64,000 nucleotides of DNA from Dicyema japonicum (lineage: Eukaryota > Animalia > Dicyemida). The first letter of the stretch is position 1. The number at the start of each line of letters is the position of its first letter. This document shows, piece after piece, positions 25,701-40,149 of this stretch. Position numbers and translations under genes: made by a program. A model generated the notes under the pieces. It saw nothing but the letters and a program-made list of their open reading frames with translations, was not told the DNA's origin and ran no database searches. The stretch is from NCBI GenBank assembly GCA_011109175.1, contig RDEW01000044.1, forward strand, positions 350,743 to 414,742. The letters run 5' to 3'.

Positions 25701-28700
25701 CTGCCAAACAACGAGACTAAAAATAAAAATGACATCAACTCAAATTAATAGTAATTTCCATTTTCGTCGAGTCGTGAGGAATTCGAGGCCAAGGAAAACC
25801 GAGTTAAGGATCCACTATTTTTTTAATAAATTGTAAGAAACACCGAATATCTTGTTGATAGGGAGCGGTCGAGTAAAAATAGATTTATTGATTTTAGGAA
25901 AATCCATGAGTTATTATCGAGTATGTTATTTCCCATCATACTTCTTGTTTTATGATTAATAAATATATTATTTCTGTTTTATTTTTAAGTAGTATTTGAA
26001 TGCAGTCTCACATAGTGGAGTGAATGAGCTGATGTTTCACTAATTTACGAGTTAAATGCCTCCATTATTATGCTACAAAAACTGAGTGTAAGCAAAATTT
26101 GGATTTCAAAAAACAATAAAATTCCTTAAATATGACTTTAATACACGGTGGACCACCCAATTATTGGTTATTAACACCCTTCTGTTCATAGAGATAATAA
26201 AATACTGTTTTCGGAAAATTAATAAACGATATAGATTGTTAACTCTTGTTCTTCTGATAAAATGACAGGGTTGCGGTCCAATAACTATACTGTCTTATAA
26301 AAAAAGAATTTGTATTATAGGCTTACAAATTCTGTTATCAAAATGTCTAATATATTTTATATTTTGGTGACCTATAAATATGGATTATTCTTCACTATTG
26401 TTTTGTCCCTATTTATATTTTCTTGCTTTGTTTTTCTTCCAGTCTATATGTATTCCAAATCGTTATGTCGTCCTCATCGTTTCAAGGTTATTTTCAGAAA
26501 TAATATTATCAACAGAATTTTCATTTATCACTGATTTTATTTACTAATTTTCTTTCGACAATTAGGAAACCCCTTTTTCGGATGAGAGTGAGCGAACACG
26601 GAATTTTCAGTTATCACTGATCTGTTTTACTTATTTCTTTGACGATTAATATCAGAAAAATCTTTCTTTGGACGGGAGTAAGTGAATGGTCGTTTTGCTG
26701 AAAACTTGCACTGAACGCCTACATTAATTGTGAACCACATGACGTATTATTAAATTTTCTCCAAGTGTTTTCAAAGCAAAGAAATAAATTGTCAGATTTA
26801 CATTTGCCAACTTCAATTGAATTTATTGATTCTCATTTGAAATTCTTACTTAACGTTTGCCTGAATGAAATGTAAAAGATACCTCAAAATATATAGAAAT
26901 GGTAGGTCAGATTGACAAAATCCTTCATAAATCAAATTAAATTCCAAAGACCAAGAGTACCAAAACTAACAAACTCTTTGATCCAGACTCGTTCCAGCAT
27001 TCCAGAACATGTCTCCAGGTAACGACGTTGTCCCTGGAGAAAAATTGTAGGATCTCTTGATGCCGACTAGGCATTGGGCGCCTCCTAAGTTAGATGGATC
27101 CAGTGACGCTATTGGAAGGAAAATAATTTTGACAAACTATCCAAGTCGCACCACATGACACCACGCGAATGGGTCGTCCTGAAAACCCCTACGACGGAAT
27201 AGGAACGAAGATAAATCATTTTTGAATGCCGTTCACGTGCTAGGTTTCCGGTGAAAAAAATCGATTAACTTATACTTCTTAGGAATCGAACATGGCAAAT
27301 GTACAAGTTTCAGTTACTCCCATAGAGTATCAACTTTCCCAAAATTTGTTAGGATGAATTCGAGATAGTGTATTTATTACTTCCTTGTTTCCGAAACATT
27401 GTATCTCCAATGTCAACTAACTCATCTTTTCGTTTTCGAACAGGAGTTTTCTGTGTTTACGAATGAAGAAGAGATGCTTATTTGTCTGAGATGAGAGACT
27501 TGAGAGAAGAGTAAAAATACTATTATTCTCATTGATTCTATCATCTTCCTAAAAATTGTTTTATTAAAACTTAGCCACTGATAAAAAACCACTTACGTTA
27601 TCGCAGTTAACAACTGCTAGAAGTTCCTCTTAGTCAAGCCTAGCTGCTCTAAAAATTGAAAACACATTTCTCCTAACGATTTATAAGGAAATGAAGTCAA
27701 TAAGCCAGCTATTTCCCTCTTATCCTATTCCTTCCTAGCTATAATCTATCCAATCAGTGATCAATCTCCAATGACTCATGGTATTTCTACGGCAACTAGG
27801 TAAAAAATGAACTGTCTTCCGAGATATGATGAACTCTTGCCAACCACGAAAAGGTAACACCAAGAAAGAAGGAGTTAGACCAAGTTATAAGTGATCCTTA
27901 TAATCACAACCTGTCCGTGAAATATCTTTTGTATTCCTACCTAGTTCCCACTGCTTTTCTGCTGCTTGACGCTCCTTTTCAGCACAATTTGAAAAGACGT
28001 GTGTTGGGATTCGACGCCACATAGAGTACGGAAACCGACCTAATATTCCAGGTTACAGAGTTGTCAAGCAAAAGGTTGGAAAGAATAGAATCGAGAGGTA
28101 TGTCAAACGGACCATTCCCCTTCATAGAAATTTATGGTTTCGTAACTGAGACTAAGATTCTACAAACTCAAAAACACAGACATACTCCACTTGAGAGCAG
28201 ATTGTGTAAGATGTAAATTGAACAAAAGTTTCTTAAAGAAAATATTACACTTTTTTATAGTCAACCTCCTTGTTTTCTTAGTAGCAAACAATTCCATCCT
28301 AATAAAATAAGATTAGACAATTTTTATTTGGTTAAAAATTATTTTAATTATCAAAACATTTCATAATAATTAGATAATCAAAATTTCATAAATAATAGAT
28401 AATTATTAATATATAAGAAATGCAAACTAAAATCGAAAAAATATTGACAAACATTTTTCTTTTAAACATTATTTATTTCAATTCTGATTCTCACAAAAAA
28501 TACTTCATTCAATTATTACATTTCTTCTAAAACAGTACATTTTAAAAAATCTGAGAAAGTTAAAATCTCAAGCATTAGCAGGATTCTGAATTAAAACAAC
28601 AAAATCATTTTGATAAACTCTAAATTCAATGTAAAGCATAAACTAATTTGTCATTTATATTGTCGATTCTCTTATTTACGTGTTTGACTAATGTGATTTC

Positions 28701-31700
28701 TACAAATCCTCAAATGAGGTATGATTTGTATTCTATTTAACTGTTCACAATTATTCAATATAACGCAAAACTTTGAACAGAAATCACTTAACATTTAGAG
28801 GTCTATCAGTTTCTTTTAATATATAGAAATCAAAATAAAATCTAAAAAAATATATACGAAACACTTTAATTCTAAAGCACCTCTTAATAATTACATTACT
28901 CCTAAAACATTATTTACAAAAATTACAGTTTTGATCTAAAATAACATTCGTCGCACCCACCTAGATGACGGTACTGTCCTTACCGGTATCTCCATCGAAC
29001 GTAGACTGAAGAATTTCTCACAAGACATTTCTCTTCGAAATATAGCTACAGTCTCCAATTTAAATAAAAAGAGGACAACATCCTCATGAGCGTTGGTTGT
29101 AGAGAACCTTATACCAACAAAGTCTATAAAAGCTATTCAATCAGAGATCTTAAAGATTGGAATACACAAAATATTAAAAAGAAAAATCATTAAAATCACT
29201 AATTAGCATATCCAATTTAAGGATACCCAAACTATTCTTCGAATTTTCGTTTTTGATAGCGAATTGACGGCTAATTACATCAACTTTTACTTTGAACTCA
29301 CTCAGTCTGTATTCATGCACCATGGCAATTTCTCTATTTTTACTGGCAATGAGCCATGAAACGGAATCTTTATTCGGCAACATCACAACCTTAATTCTAA
29401 AATCTTCAGTGATTTTTCGAGGAATCAGTATTATATCCCAAAATTTCTGAACTGAATGTTTCATTATACATAGTCGATCATTTTTGGGAGATAGCACTCT
29501 ATCAAATAGTACACAGTTTCATCATTAAAATAAGAATCTAAATTACAGAGGAGAAAACAACATTCCATTGTGATCAAATGACTTATTCTCTTGCAATCCA
29601 TTTTATAGTGATATCAACTATTTTATGTAATTTTTCCCGCTTTGTGTACGAGTTCCTGTATTTCCGGTAGACATAAAATCAATATTTGTTATTATGTGAA
29701 TAGATTTACACTAAGATTTCTTTAATTTATTAACCCATCGAGAAGAAAGTTAGTAAATTAAGTTCCTATGATCGCAGAAGGGGAGTACTCTCAAACCATA
29801 CAAATGCCTCCGTAATTAACAGAAAGAAGAGGAAATATCAAGCCCTTGAAGCTGTGAGAACATCTACTTTTGGGTAACACTCTAGTAGAACTTGGAAAAA
29901 GAGGAACAAAAGAAAGAGAAATCTTCAATCAAGAGACCACGTGGCACCACGTGAAATATCGTGTCTCTTAAAATTGTATTAAGAATATTATGGTGATATC
30001 ACAAACGTATGTAGACGAGTATTAATCTGAGGGTTTTTGGGAGATTGTTTTAATGCAGGATCTAAAGACGTTAGTACTTTGTTATCCAGACTCAACGACA
30101 CAGGAGGAAGCGAAAAATTGGCCTAGTTAGTTGAGATAGAGCTCCGAGTCTGCATGATCAGACCTCCTTTGTTCAGAATCTGGTTTCGGATGTCCTCTGA
30201 TTTCGTCTATTTCCATGCAATAACTGAATCCTGCAAGGCTACTGGAGACGATTTGAGTGCGTTCTTGCTTATAGCATTAATCTTGTGAGTGCTTCCTTGA
30301 AATCTCAATCGACGCATAGCTGCGAATAGTCTAAATTCATGTAACACATCATTGGTCTGATTAACTCTCCCATACATGCCGTGCACTGTCTCTAAGGGTT
30401 TCCAAGGTTGTGAATCCAATATGAGTACGCAGATGGGATTTAAACATGATTGGCCATCCAAAGATTCATTAGCTATGTCGTATTTGAAGCTGAAAGAGAG
30501 TGTAAAGGGGGTAAAGAATAAATTTTATTGACATGACGTATGGTGGTCACAAGTTTTCTGAAGAAGAATCCGATTGAGATGGGAATTTTTGGACCAATCG
30601 GTTTTCTTTTTCCTTTGAAAAGTTTAGACAAAGCGGGTTTCCATTTTCCTCATAGACGCGGAGGAATCCGGTTCCACATAAAGGTTGCTTTAGTAAGCTG
30701 GGGAGCAATTGATGAAATGTCGGTGGTCCCAACATACTAATAGTGGTCACATCCATGGCTGAAATAACGGAATTTGGAGATCGATCAACAGAACTGTGGA
30801 AGTATTCGCAGCAGTAATAAGTAGCGTTGTTCAGAGATTAAACAACTAACAGCCGTCTTGATTAAACTAAAATAAGCCGTGAATTAAAAAATTTCTAGAG
30901 GAAACATCGAATGCCACTTCTAAACGATTGAATACTTATTCTCCGCAAAAGTGGTAAATTGATTGGAAGGTTGTGATGTACCTTTATCCACAAATATGTC
31001 TCCTTTTTTCTTTTTCTCATAGTTATAGGTTAACAGTTAACATGAGTTTAGGCCAGTGTTATTCGACATCGAAGATATCAGAGAACCCTCTCTCAGTAGT
31101 GAATCATAAGAGTTCGAAATAATAACACGACCACCAGACTTCTTTGCTGCCATGTCATGTTATAACACTGGTAATTGGTCGAGAGTTTCACTTTTCCTCT
31201 GTTCCGTATCTTGGCCATGTGGTCCACCTATCTCAGGTGACCCCAGCACCAGGAAGATACGAAAAAAAAGTTCATTCGCTTCCTTTACTTCATTGGAAGG
31301 GTTCCAAGAAATGTTATGGTTATCGGGACGAATATCGAAAAAAGGTGAGACGAATGCTTAAAGAAGTCAGGATCACCTGACATTTCTTTTGAAATTGTCG
31401 GTGATTTTGGTTTTAAATAAATAAATTTTGTAAAATAGTAAGCATTGCCTGTCGGATCTTTCGGAGCGTACGTGCTTGACAGTGCTGTCTTTGTTTCCCA
31501 CATTCAAAGGTACCGGGTAATACCTGAGAGTGTTTAGGATGTGGGAAAGATTTTTAAAAAAATGACTGCTATCATGAAAATTCTAGATTTTGATCAAATC
31601 AGACAGTTACTGGGTGTATTTTATGTCTCCTTTCAAAATGTAACAGTTCAAGTAATATAATTTTTATACGTTTTTAATATGGACACTCGGGAAATTTTTA

Positions 31701-31789
31701 GTTTGAAATTTTGATTTTCAATAAAATAATTGAAAAAGACTCGTAAAAATAAAATTTATGTTTTTTAATAATGTGTGGCCAATTTCTTC

Positions 31790-33490
31790 TTTTTTAACAT
31801 ATAGATTTTATTATAAAATGAATAAAAATTAAATTAAGGCATCTGAATGGCCATGCTATTTCCCCTAACAATAGCCAACGAGATACGTTCTCGGAACCAA
31901 CCAGTCTCTCGCGGATCCTTGGTCACAGCTTGAATCATGGAGCCGATCTTACGAACCAACTCATCTGCTTGGGGCCAAGGATTCCTGACGTTTCCACCGC
32001 AAATGGAACAAAAAGATACTCCTCCGAAATTCTCTGGTACTTCCTCCTTTTTCGTTCCTCGGCCAGCTTTGAAGCATGTCCTGGGTCTGAAGCAGAAGCA
32101 ACCAAATTAGACGGGGAATAAGTATCAACACACGTCGCGTCCCAGATCAGGTTTCGTCCGTTGGCGAATGGAAAAGTCGTCATCCCATCAGGGCGTTTTC
32201 CATCGTTTCGGAAAAGACCAGCAGGTTCTAACAGGCAACGGTGTTCAGCAGAGGCAAGGGAATTCTTTAATGTCATGTTAAGACAGGAGTGCATGGGGAA
32301 ACGACCCGCACTCATCTTGCATGACAAGGGATGGTAACCAAAAGGATCGATCCAACGTCCAAAGCGGCATTTTCTTTCGGCACACAATTTAATTCCAAGA
32401 CGAAGCGAGGTAGCTATTCTCACAGCCTCATCATCCAACAGGTTTCCAATTTCGGCAGATGGATAAGCGTTCATCCAGGCCCCTGTCGAGTGACAACTGG
32501 CTGTTTTGAGGCAGGTAAGCCTTCTTACATCTTCTGTCTTTTCAAGGGACTCTTTCTTCTTTTCGAAGACACAAAACAAATAGGACTTTTCCTTATCACA
32601 ATTGACCGGAGCATTCAGGTACAAATTCATCTATTAATCCCAGGCTCCCGACGGCGTCAGCGGTATGTTTAGTCCGGAAGTAGAGTGAAGGACCGTATCC
32701 ACTAAACGCCTTGACGAACCGAACGAAGATAAATAGGCGCCCAAAGCAACGTCCGAAGGAAGAGAAAGACCCAAACCACCGCAGGCTACAGGGAGTGAGG
32801 CCTGTAACCATCCGAAATCATCAAAACAAACATTAAGAATGGACCCCATCGTCGACCGGATATCCATATCAATTAACGATAGAAGGTCATTTTCGGCGTA
32901 GCATGGGGATCCCCGTAGAATAAAAAGGAGTTTTGGGAGAAAAAGACAATTCTTAAGCATAAAAAAGGCGACATGACGGTCCAAAAAAGTCATCCTGTCG
33001 GCATACTGACGTAAATTTGTCCTCTTGCCTTTCAATAACTCCCTCACCCGGTTTACCAAAATCCCACACCCAAGGAAGTCGAGAGAATCAAAATGAGTCT
33101 CCCTAACCTCTGGGATGATTTCGCAGAGTTTTCTATGAAAAAGGTAGAATGAATCAGAACTCAAATTCAGATTAATTGCTTCGCACTTTTCATTGTTAAA
33201 TTCCAGACCGATTTTTTCACACAAACTTCTGATCGACGCAACTTTGGAGAGAATATTATCGAGACTTCCACCGAGAATACAATCGTCCAGATACCAGACG
33301 TTCAGTGGAGTGCAACGGTCCTGGGCAATATGGTCGATAGACAAGGAAAATAGAAGAGGACCGAGTGGGTCCCCCTGTTGAACTCCGGATCCAGACTCGT
33401 TGGCTATTGTTAGGGGAAATAGCATGGCCATTCAGATACCTTAATTTAATTTTTAATCATTTTATAATAAAATCTATATGTTAAAAAAAA
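31790..33490 (-). mobile_element. CRE-clade non-LTR retrotransposon (lineage F1), 5'-truncated, flanked by inverted copies of its 3' end
   Basis: RT motifs GVQQGDPLGP and YLDD, CCHC region (CAERKCRFG...HPLSC), RLE motif KRPDG, WDATCVDT, PFAVETSG, C-terminus RERISLAIVRGN; frameshifts near 32630 and 31975. Confidence 0.9.
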
Positions 33491-34259
33491 TTTCTTTTTT
33501 GAACGCATGACGTGAAAAATTGTCCAATTAGAAAGAAATTTTATTTTCAAATAAAAATTAAATTAAGGTAACTAATTATTAGAAGGGTCTTGTTGTCGTC
33601 GTTAATATATACAGTTCTCTCTCCTATTATCTATTCATGTCTGTTTTTTATAATGTACTACACGAAGACACCTCATGCAAAGGGTGCAGAGTATCCAATT
33701 CTCGCTAGTGCGGAATTCGATGTTCTGTATGTGTTGGTTACTACCACATAGGTTGTTAAAAACTATCCAAGAAAATTGCTCGATCACTTTCCTCGTGGTC
33801 GTACCGGTCGTACCGTCTGGAACTCACTAAAATTGAACCTCATGATCATTTGTTGGCTTAGCAATTCTGCACTATCCTTGTCCTTGATTTTGTCCATCAT
33901 TTTTGTAAAGGGGGCTCATTATCATTTTAGTGTGACCTCCCTTATATTCATATTTCATTTTTTTGCAGCGTAACCTCCAGTAGTCTTCTTTATCCCTTCC
34001 TGGCTGCCTTTTTGAATTCAGAATTATGTTCTCTTATCTTGTTTATATTCCAACAGACTTTAGCAGTTTTACGATTTTCAGCAATGTTTAAGCTGTTGAC
34101 AGAAAGTCACTCAGAGCACTTGGCCGGCGTTTTGTATTTGACATGTTTTATTGTTGCGTTCCTGATAACCAACTACATTTCATTCTACAATTTATCAAGC
34201 ATCATTCCGTTCAAATCCAGTAATCAATATTGTGCTTAACTTCCATTGCGTATGCTGGT

Positions 34260-35060
34260 GGTATGTTTGAGACATCGAATTTCTATACTCGGGGGTATTC
34301 CAAGTGTTACTGAACTTCGTCCTAATTTTTGCAACAAAGAGCTTTTCCAACGTTTGGCGCACAAAATATAATCAATTCCATTAGGCGACGACCCAGTCTA
34401 TAATCGTCGTTTGAGCTGTTTGAACCATGTGTTAGTTATCTGAAATCCATTTTCCTGACAGAATTGGATCATTCGATCCCCAGCATCATTTCTTTTCCCC
34501 AAACCAAAAATCCCACAATATCTGTATGTGGCATACACCCAACTTTTGAGTTGAAATCCCTCATTATGTAGATATGTCCATTTTGGGTATTACTTTTAGT
34601 GCCTCTTCAAATTCATAATAAAATTGGTCAACTTCGTAATCCTTGGCAATAGATGTTGGGGAATACACTTGCATGACCGTAATATTCAATGGTCGTCCAC
34701 GGACGTACATTAGTATTATCCGATCATTAAATATTTTATGACTTTCAATAACAGTGCAATTTTCTTTGAGGCAACGAAAGCCATTCCATTTCTCTTCGCA
34801 TTAATGTTACCAGAATAATATGACGAAATCATCAGAACGAAAAAAAACCACTGCAATATCAAGCCTTCTCATTTCTATTTTTACGACTTCTAGTTTCCTT
34901 CGCTTAATAGTCTTACGTTCCATGTTGAGAAATTGTGAGATTCTGTGTGACGAAGGCTCGAGATTTGATGTTTTGCAGTAACGTTGATTCCAATTAGATC
35001 GTAGGAGAGTATGCTCAAAAGATTTTCTTGGCATTTAAATACAGGGTTGGTTGCCAGGTC
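34260..35060 (-). mobile_element. RTE-clade LINE APE endonuclease relic
   Basis: RKLEVVKIEMRRLDIAV, NITVMQVYSPTS, IMRDFNSKVG, RNDAGDRMIQFCQEN, ITNTWFK, IDYIL. Confidence 0.8.
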
Positions 35061-35789
35061 TTTCCCCAATGTTAAACGTAATATCTTTTATATTCGTAGA
35101 TGAAATTATTTTATATTTATTGATTGCGGTGTTTATACCTTTTCAAAAGTTGGTACGGTACTTTCTTTGTAGGTTTCGAGAAAATTGGGGGATTACATCA
35201 GTGATGAATTAGGAAGTAAACCCATTTATAGTATCTATGTAGTACAATATTATCCGTTTATTAGCGTCTTTTCAGCTTCCCGACCTGTTTGAGTAATAGA
35301 ACACTTCTGTTGGATTTCACCAGACTCTTCAGATTTTCTACGGAATTCAACGTAAAAAGTTTACTATTGAAGGCTTTAGTTATTAAAGTTCATCAACTTC
35401 GAGGTAGTCTACCAAACCTTTGTTTGAAAAATTCTAAAACTTCTGACACCCAATCAACCTTGACCTCCTTATTCACCTGGTCGATAATCACTTGGAGACA
35501 TATGATATTTGTTAGGGTCTCTGGATGAGAAATCATATTAGGGAGTCTTGTATCAATTTCTTGTTTTCCAAACAGCCCCTGACCACTCCCCCATATTGAT
35601 CAATGTTTTGTACATTGAGATCATTCGTAGGTCTAAGGTAATGTTCCACTCAGATTATTAGAAAAAAAATATAAACATCCACTAGAAATAAAATTAACAT
35701 AATTATTATTAATATGGAAAAATTAATTTAGGATATTTCATGTTGGATTGATTTATTTATTTATTTAAATAAAATACGATCGATTTCAA

Positions 35790-36400
35790 AAGGCCTTCGA
35801 ATCTGACTCATGGAAAATCTTAACCCGGAAATTGTTTGCCCTCCCTGTCAACTCCAATATATAACTTTGGCTTGCTAACTTCATCAATAGAAGAAGGCCC
35901 GGGTATACATGGACAAAATCAGTTTCAAGATTAGTACCCAATGGACTCCAACAAGGTTCCCTTTTATCAACAGCCTTATTTAACTTATACATGTCCGAGT
36001 TACCACAACCCGATATAAAGACGAGTTATATGCTGATGACCTATAATTCGGATCCTGCAATCAAGATATCCTATAAGTATCAGAATGACTACTACAATAC
36101 CTCAACAAGATTAAAATATGGCTAATTTATAACCAGCTTGATATATCTACTTGAAATCTTTTTCGTGCTTATTTACATCAGACAAACGACTTGAACAAAT
36201 GACAGTGGATATATTTATCAACCAGAAAAAAATACCTTTCACGAAGAAACTGAAAATCAAGGGGATCACTTCCACACACATGTGTTTTTCATCTCACGTC
36301 GACGCTGTTTCTGGAAGCTGCTTAAGAAAGCTAGGGATAATCAAAACTATTTTCGGTGCATTAAAACCCCTTTCCCAGCTTTGAAATTGTTGTACAAACA
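35790..36400 (+). mobile_element. LINE RT relic (Jockey/I-like)
   Basis: KAFES, LWLANF, NGLQQGSLLSTALFNLYMS, YADD, FSSHVD..SGSCLRKLGIIK. Confidence 0.8.
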
Positions 36401-36779
36401 ATTCAATTTTCTGTCAGCTATGCCTGTACGTCATAGGGGAATCAATCTGTCCTGAACGAACAAACAGGCTTAACAGCCATTACTATTAGTAATCTCGGGA
36501 AACTAGAAAAACTAATGCCCTCATCACTTGAAGACCTTATCCGACAAAATGAAAAAAGATTTGCTACCCTGTGCAGGCTGTGTAACTCTCAACAATACAC
36601 AGCCACGACGTTTCTCATGAGAAGTATACATCACCCCTCTCCTATTCCCGAAACCACCCCGCCCACAGAGAAGTTGTGTTGAATCCCAGAAGGCGCACGA
36701 GAAGAAAATGAGAAATTTGATTGAGGCTTGTTCCGATCATCGTTTAAATGCATTGAAAATAATTTCGATTTTCCCATAA

Positions 36780-36960
36780 ATAAGTTATTTTTTAAATATC
36801 GTTTTGTAGACAAAAATAAATACTTGCAATCAGAAAATGGCACGGAGTTCAAGAATTACCATATCAAAAAACTCTATATTTGTATTATATCATGGAATAT
36901 AAAGGAGGCGCAAATTTGTATATTAAGGCGATGGTGAACAAGGTTTTGAATTTAATTTTT
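36780..36960 (+). mobile_element. Integrase (rve) relic
   Basis: LQSENGTEFKN resembles the SDNGTEF integrase motif. Confidence 0.5.
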
Positions 36961-38319
36961 TTAGTTGAGGTGGTGACGTCCCTCTTGAAAAGTATGTCTG
37001 AAAAACACGAAAATTGCAACCTAAATGACTTATCTCTTTTAACGTTAAAGATCAAAAGACTCTAGTGCATGGAAAAGAAAAGAACTTTGTGAAGACCTTT
37101 CAAATCAAGATATCAATCGGATGTTTCCAAGAGACAAAAATATCGAAGGAGTTTGAAATCTTATACAAGAGAACAGGAACTGAGCCAATATCATGTGAGA
37201 TTATGATTCAAGATGGAGGCTCTTTGGACACATACTCCGCCACGATATGGGGAACCCTGCCAACATAACAATGGAGGAGTATTTTGTCTTAGAAGCTTCT
37301 CGTTTCCGCGGCCGGTCGAGAACAACACTGCCGGTTATTCAAGATGAAGATCTCAGGATACGCTACGGAACATGGCAACGGATCGAAAAAGATGGGGGAC
37401 GTTAATTAGATTGTTAACTTTTCGTGTTGCACATGCTTTGTCATCATCTTGGCATCGCGTACGTGCCTATAATAATAATAAAGCCTTTTACAGAGAAAAT
37501 CAAAATCATGTCACCAATTAACCAAAAATTTATTATTATTGGAAATTTATAACCAATCAATATCTGGATTATGCAAATCCTATCATTGATTTTCTAATAC
37601 TTTTTAATATTAATGCTTTGATATACTGCATGCTTATTCCATAGTTATACTTTAGTTACCTGAAGGCATGCAACATTCATTCCGTATTGCTGTATATCTT
37701 GGCAAAGCTGAATTTTCGTATTTCAGAACCTATTTTTTCACATTAAAAGTAAGAACAATTTTTTCTTTCTCAGAGTTTTCGAGAGATAGAGGCACTAAGT
37801 GCTAGAGATTGACGTCACCACCTCACCCAAAACTTGTGAGATAATGACAAAATTACGTTTATTTATCCAGAGCCATCGGACATTCATTCCATGGTTAGAT
37901 CCGGTGAATTCCGAGAACACCAGTGACTGTTTGAGCGTATCTTCCTGGCAGTCCTTAGGGGAAATAGTCATGCCAGTCAGGGCCGCAGCAATATGATTCT
38001 CCCGAATTTGTCAGAGATAAAATACGTATTGTTTTGACAGTTTATTGGGCAGAAAATAAGCACTTTCTGAAGGCCTTAAAATTTAGGAATTTATGCAGGT
38101 TTTACAATGCTTGCTAATCTTTTTGGGATTTGGGGAACATATGATATCTTTTTATGACTGGCATACTTGCAGGATCACATGCCTTCTAGAAGACAACATA
38201 AGACTTTGTGTAAAAAATTCTGTCATGAGTATTACGACCTAAATATATGCATTTCAATGCTAATATCAAACACTTGCGACTTTGATATTTCCTACTTTTA
38301 ATACAAGTTCTCCGAAAGT

Positions 38320-38445
38320 GATCCTCCGAATTGTTTCGGTACTTCCTTCTCTTCTTGATCTTTGGCTTGCTTAAAAGCATGGCCTGGGTCTGAAGCAGAG
38401 ATTGAAGCGGTCAAATTTTTCTGAGAGATGTATCAACTCAGTCTC
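38320..38445 (-). mobile_element. CRE F1-related internal fragment
   Basis: gcatggcctgggtctgaagcagag matches 32075-32100. Confidence 0.5.
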
Positions 38446-40149
38446 TGAGCGCCTTTTCTTTAAGGCTTGAGCCATCATAGTCTTGTGGGAAAACGCATTA
38501 AAATTGAATAAGGAAATACTTTATTTTATGGTTCTAAATGAGGTCGCAGTTATTTATATAGTATCATCATCCTCAAAAAGGTTTTTCACTTCCAAGGAGC
38601 TGTCCAAGCATTTAAAGTCCTCCCAACAAATAGTTGTGAGACCACCTGACCGTTTTCTTCGCTCAGTTGCAATGATGAAAGCCAACGCTGCATCAATTAT
38701 AGTGGGATTTAATAATTAACGTCTAATTTTGACTTATGAGATTAATTTAATATTTATTTATTTTTAAAATTGTTTTACAATATGGAGAACCTATTTTATC
38801 ATTAATGCATTATTTCACGTATTTGTGCCACGTTGCTGTGGTCGTTGGTTTCTTTTTTTGTTGTATCATGTTTCTTGCAGTATTGTATTCTCTCTAATAT
38901 TTTATGAATATATTATTGGATTCATCATATAGTGTTGAAGTCTATTATCAAAATGTCTAATGTCTACATATTTTGGTAACCTATAAATATTGATCGTTCT
39001 TCACTATTTGATTTGTCTTATTGCTTACAGTCTAATAACAATACTCTTGAATATTTCTATCGACTAAACGTGGATCAACATCAAACGTGTACGAATTAAA
39101 TTCAATCAATATTGCCCAATTCTGGAAAGTATTAATTTACTTCTTTTTGAAGATATGTTGAATGTGGATAAATAAGGTCGATTATTTTTAGTGGTCGATT
39201 CAAGCGAATAGGCAAAAAAAATTTTCTTTAAATCTCCAGCATACACATAACGAGAAATTATTATTAATTGAACACGTTCGCCACATCGGTGGATTCATTA
39301 ACTTGTATCGCGAAATTTTCATGGCATTAACTTTTTATTTGTTCTACCACCGTTAAAATAAATAACATAATATCAATGACCTGCTGTTAATATTTTTTGA
39401 CATTTAAAAAAATCGTCGATGAACAGTATCATAGTGGTATATCCGAAATCATATTTTCAGCTGAGTGTCAATAAGAGTACGCACTATGTCTTTACAACAA
39501 GGAAGAATCAGTTTTTTGGCAATATTGTGAGGTTTCTTTTTTTTCGTTATACGTAATGAAATCATGTAAGATGAAGAGGACTTGAAGATTTTATTATTCC
39601 CATATTTAAGGGTTGAATTAAAGCGGTCGTATTTTTTGGAAGAAAATGTAAATGAACATTGGAATATTGTGGATTTCTGTGACAGCTCGCATTATCAAGT
39701 ATTCAAGGTTTCAGTGTTTCTGCAAAATCAATATGTATAAATTTAAGTCTATGACATTTTTCAAAAGATCTATCAATTTAAAATATATAAAACAATGTGT
39801 AATCACCCACAATATGGCAGAAGAGACTATCTCTTCTTATGTCAAAGTCACGGTTATTCAAGGCCGCTATTAACGAAATGTGAAGGAAATTCAGCTGAGA
39901 ATTACACCAAACGCAAATCGAAAATCCATATTTTCATATAATATTTGGTCATCATTTCTATAATCACGGGAAGGAGAGACCCTGTAAATGTGGATTCTGC
40001 CATAATTATTGATTTACCTAATTTTCTAATAAAAAGCTATCTCGAATTATTATTTCATTGAATAAAATTTATAGTTTATTAGTTCAAAGATTGACACGGG
40101 GAATTCTGTGGGAAATCTCAGTGAAATGTTAAAAAGTGGGTCCCCTATT

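Larger units (their letters stand above)
24770..26290 (+). repeat. Segmental duplication paralogous to 45130-46630
   Basis: Long collinear high identity by eye. Confidence 0.9.

Noticed and set aside
29174-29497. 107-aa minus-strand ORF
   Set aside because: GTG start, no recognisable motif, no convincing splice partners.
32331-33381. Plus-strand ORFs over the CRE element (also 49743-51464)
   Set aside because: Antisense shadows of retroelement coding sequence.
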